From the NCBI GenBank assembly GCA_002779825.1, contig PEVN01000166.1, forward strand, positions 1-14,016: 14,016 nt of DNA, given 5' to 3'. The translations under genes and the position numbers were made by a program. This stretch comes from Armatimonadetes bacterium CG06_land_8_20_14_3_00_66_21 (lineage in GTDB: Bacteria; Armatimonadota; Abditibacteriia; CG2-30-66-41). This document shows, in pieces, positions 12,086 through 14,016 of this stretch; the stretch's first letter is position 1; the number at the start of each line of letters is the position of its first letter. Below the pieces are notes generated by a model that saw only the letters and a program-made list of their open reading frames with translations, searched no databases and was not told where the DNA came from.

Positions 12086-14011
12086 TCAGAACGAGAAGAT
12101 CTCGTGCCCCCGCACACCGACTGCGAAGTCGATGAGCACCCACAGCCCAGCGCTGACGAACTCCCCGAGGATCAGTCCGAAGGCGCCGGGCAGCACTTGG
12201 CGGTAGACGGCGCTCCCGCCGTACTTCATTACAGCGCTCTTCGCAGTCCACCCCAGCAGGATGGCGAACCAGAAGTTGACCATCGGCCACGTGGCGCCCA
12301 TGAGGTAGCCGATGGGATGGAACGGCCACCACAAGAACGTCCGGTGCAGGACCTGGATGAAGACCATGCTGCCCGCACCCGCCAGCATCGTCCAGACCGA
12401 CGGGAGCGACCGCGGCTCGCCGTTGACCAGCAGGTTCGCCGTCCACGAGCAGTACAGGTTCTTCGTGTAGTAGGTGGTGAACCACGTGTTGAGAGTCAAC
12501 CCGCCGTTGGCGTACACGAGGCGCATGTACGACCAGTACGACACCGCCGCCGCCACCACCACGCTCGCCGCCATCGCGCCGAGCAGCCTGCGTCGCTGGA
12601 TGCCGGCCATGTCGCCGATCTTCAGCCCCTGCACCAGGCAGGGCATGAGCGGGCTGCGGTTGTCCAGCATGAGCAGGTGGTCGAAGAACACCAGCATGGT
12701 CACGCGGGCCGGCCCGAACGCTTTGCTGCCGACGGCCGCGAAGAGCATGTTGATCGGCCGGAACGGGTGCTGTACATACAGCATCCCGCCTTCGCACACC
12801 AGCCGAACCGCGACCGTATGCACCAGGAAGAACAGCACGAACAACACGGTCGTGCTCCCCGCGCCCGCGCCGGCTGCGCCACCCCAGGCGATGATCGTCG
12901 CCATTCCCGCAACCAGGCAGAGCAGCGTGCCGCGCGCTGAGAGCGCTTCCTTCGCGGTGTAGTCGCGCTGCCGCCCCAGCACGCACTCCCACCACTGGCG
13001 CAGGTGCGGCCGCATCCCCCAGAACCCATACAGCCCGGCGACGACGATGCCGCCGATCATCTGGTGGGCGACGAACGCCTTCACCGGAAAGGCCTGCACG
13101 TTGGGCATCGGGAACCCCGCCATTGCCCCGAGGAGCTGCTGCACCAGGAAGAAGAAGTAGAAGAACCACAAGCTGAACGACAGGTTCGTCGGCAGCAGGA
13201 ACGTCAGCCCGATGATGCTGAACAGCACGCGGAGGCGCAGCAGTTGAAGGGTGTCCCACGGCTTCCCCGTGAAGTACTGGCCCAGCGGGATGAGGTGCAC
13301 GTTGATCGCCGGCACAAAGGGGAAATGGAAGTGCAGCCCGTTGAGGGTGTGGAGGCAGAACGGCAACAGGAAGCACCACCACATGAGCTTGTTGCGCACC
13401 AGCGTTGGCAGCGCCCACCGGTGCCCCGCCTCGACCTCCGCAAACTGAACGGGCAACTGCACCAGCGGGAACACCAGCTTCTCGTTCTCCACCCACTGCC
13501 GCCGCAGCAACGCCGACAGCCCGAAGAGCACCAAGTACACACCCGCAATCAGGATGCCCCACCCCAACACCGGACTCCACCAGGCACTCCACGGAATCGG
13601 CGACGAGGGCGCCCCTTCGTACAGCCCGATCACCGCCTGTTCGGAGCCGGGATGTAGCCACTTCGGGAGGTTGGGGAGGATCAGCTCATCCCACCGGTTC
13701 TCCGGTCCGGCGAAGTAGAAGGGCCCGGCGATGTACGGGATCAGCAGCCCGACCAGCCCGAACGACGGGATCCCCGCCGCGACCAGCAGCATCACGAACA
13801 CAGTCAGCAACTCAGCCCGCGTCAACTGCTTGCCGAGGCGCGCCAGCAGCGGGTTGACGCCGACGGACAGCACGAGAAACAGGAAGAAGCTGGCAACGGG
13901 GAACGCCGTCAGACCCACCCATGTGCCCTTCATCACCAGGTCGCTGTAGGGGATGGCGAGGGCGAGGGCGGCTGAGAGGAGGAGACCGAGGAGGAAGGAG
14001 CGGAGGGTCAT
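12086..14011 (-). CDS. large polytopic integral membrane protein of unknown function (641 aa, at least 14 predicted TM helices, Trp/Phe-rich)
   Basis: ATG at 14009-14011. Strongly hydrophobic segments run along the whole length (LLGLLLSAALALAI, LTAFPVASFFLFLVLSV, LLTVFVMLLVAAGIPSFGLVGLLIPYIAG, WGILIAGVYLVLFGL, and others). The overlapping same-strand ORF 11874-13661 is R/G/A-rich junk. I recognise no family confidently. Confidence 0.75.
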   Translation of the reverse strand: MTLRSFLLGLLLSAALALAIPYSDLVMKGTWVGLTAFPVASFFLFLVLSVGVNPLLARLGKQLTRAELLTVFVMLLVAAGIPSFGLVGLLIPYIAGPFYFAGPENRWDELILPNLPKWLHPGSEQAVIGLYEGAPSSPIPWSAWWSPVLGWGILIAGVYLVLFGLSALLRRQWVENEKLVFPLVQLPVQFAEVEAGHRWALPTLVRNKLMWWCFLLPFCLHTLNGLHFHFPFVPAINVHLIPLGQYFTGKPWDTLQLLRLRVLFSIIGLTFLLPTNLSFSLWFFYFFFLVQQLLGAMAGFPMPNVQAFPVKAFVAHQMIGGIVVAGLYGFWGMRPHLRQWWECVLGRQRDYTAKEALSARGTLLCLVAGMATIIAWGGAAGAGAGSTTVLFVLFFLVHTVAVRLVCEGGMLYVQHPFRPINMLFAAVGSKAFGPARVTMLVFFDHLLMLDNRSPLMPCLVQGLKIGDMAGIQRRRLLGAMAASVVVAAAVSYWSYMRLVYANGGLTLNTWFTTYYTKNLYCSWTANLLVNGEPRSLPSVWTMLAGAGSMVFIQVLHRTFLWWPFHPIGYLMGATWPMVNFWFAILLGWTAKSAVMKYGGSAVYRQVLPGAFGLILGEFVSAGLWVLIDFAVGVRGHEIFSF

Positions 14012-14016
14012 GGAGT

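Noticed and set aside
11874-13661. 595-aa minus-strand ORF overlapping the 641-aa membrane protein in another frame. Also the 342-aa + ORF at 11912-12940.
   Set aside because: R/G/A/P-rich compositional junk. The 12086-14011 frame encodes a coherent series of hydrophobic TM helices.
1-14016. Mobile elements, integrases, tRNA/rRNA genes, toxin-antitoxin or known defence-system genes
   Set aside because: None of the ORFs resembles a transposase, recombinase, nuclease or NTPase family. No tRNA cloverleaf candidates or IS-like terminal inverted repeats were noticed.

Overview
High-GC bacterial window with a style typical of Planctomycetota: most genes lack Shine-Dalgarno sites, some use GTG/TTG starts, and the transporter substrate-binding protein is a lipoprotein. 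It is dense with genes and has no mobile elements, tRNA/rRNA genes or CRISPR arrays. From left to right: (1) the 3' end of a Gfo/Idh/MocA oxidoreductase on the + strand. (2) A minus-strand cluster of a TPR lipoprotein with a C-terminal domain resembling BtrH_N/DUF4872 (5002-6813), a PabB-type aminodeoxychorismate synthase (3477-~4937) and a CUT1-family sugar ABC importer, namely a substrate-binding lipoprotein and two permeases (301-3435) with no ATPase in the window. (3) An intergenic region at 6814-7051 carrying two back-to-back, near-consensus sigma70-type promoters. (4) A plus-strand cluster that I consider the most interesting part: an NfeD-like membrane protein carrying a ~110-aa insertion of tandem His/Asp hexapeptide repeats (HDxDxD, about 10 units), a FloT-type flotillin (SPFH plus a long E/A/Q-rich coiled coil), and a small protein with beta-carbonic-anhydrase-like zinc-ligand motifs. 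(5) A GT-C-fold ArnT/PMT-like glycosyltransferase split by an in-frame TAG. (6) A convergent 641-aa polytopic membrane protein of unknown function. Several long ORFs in the six-frame track are out-of-frame or antisense artefacts of the high GC content.
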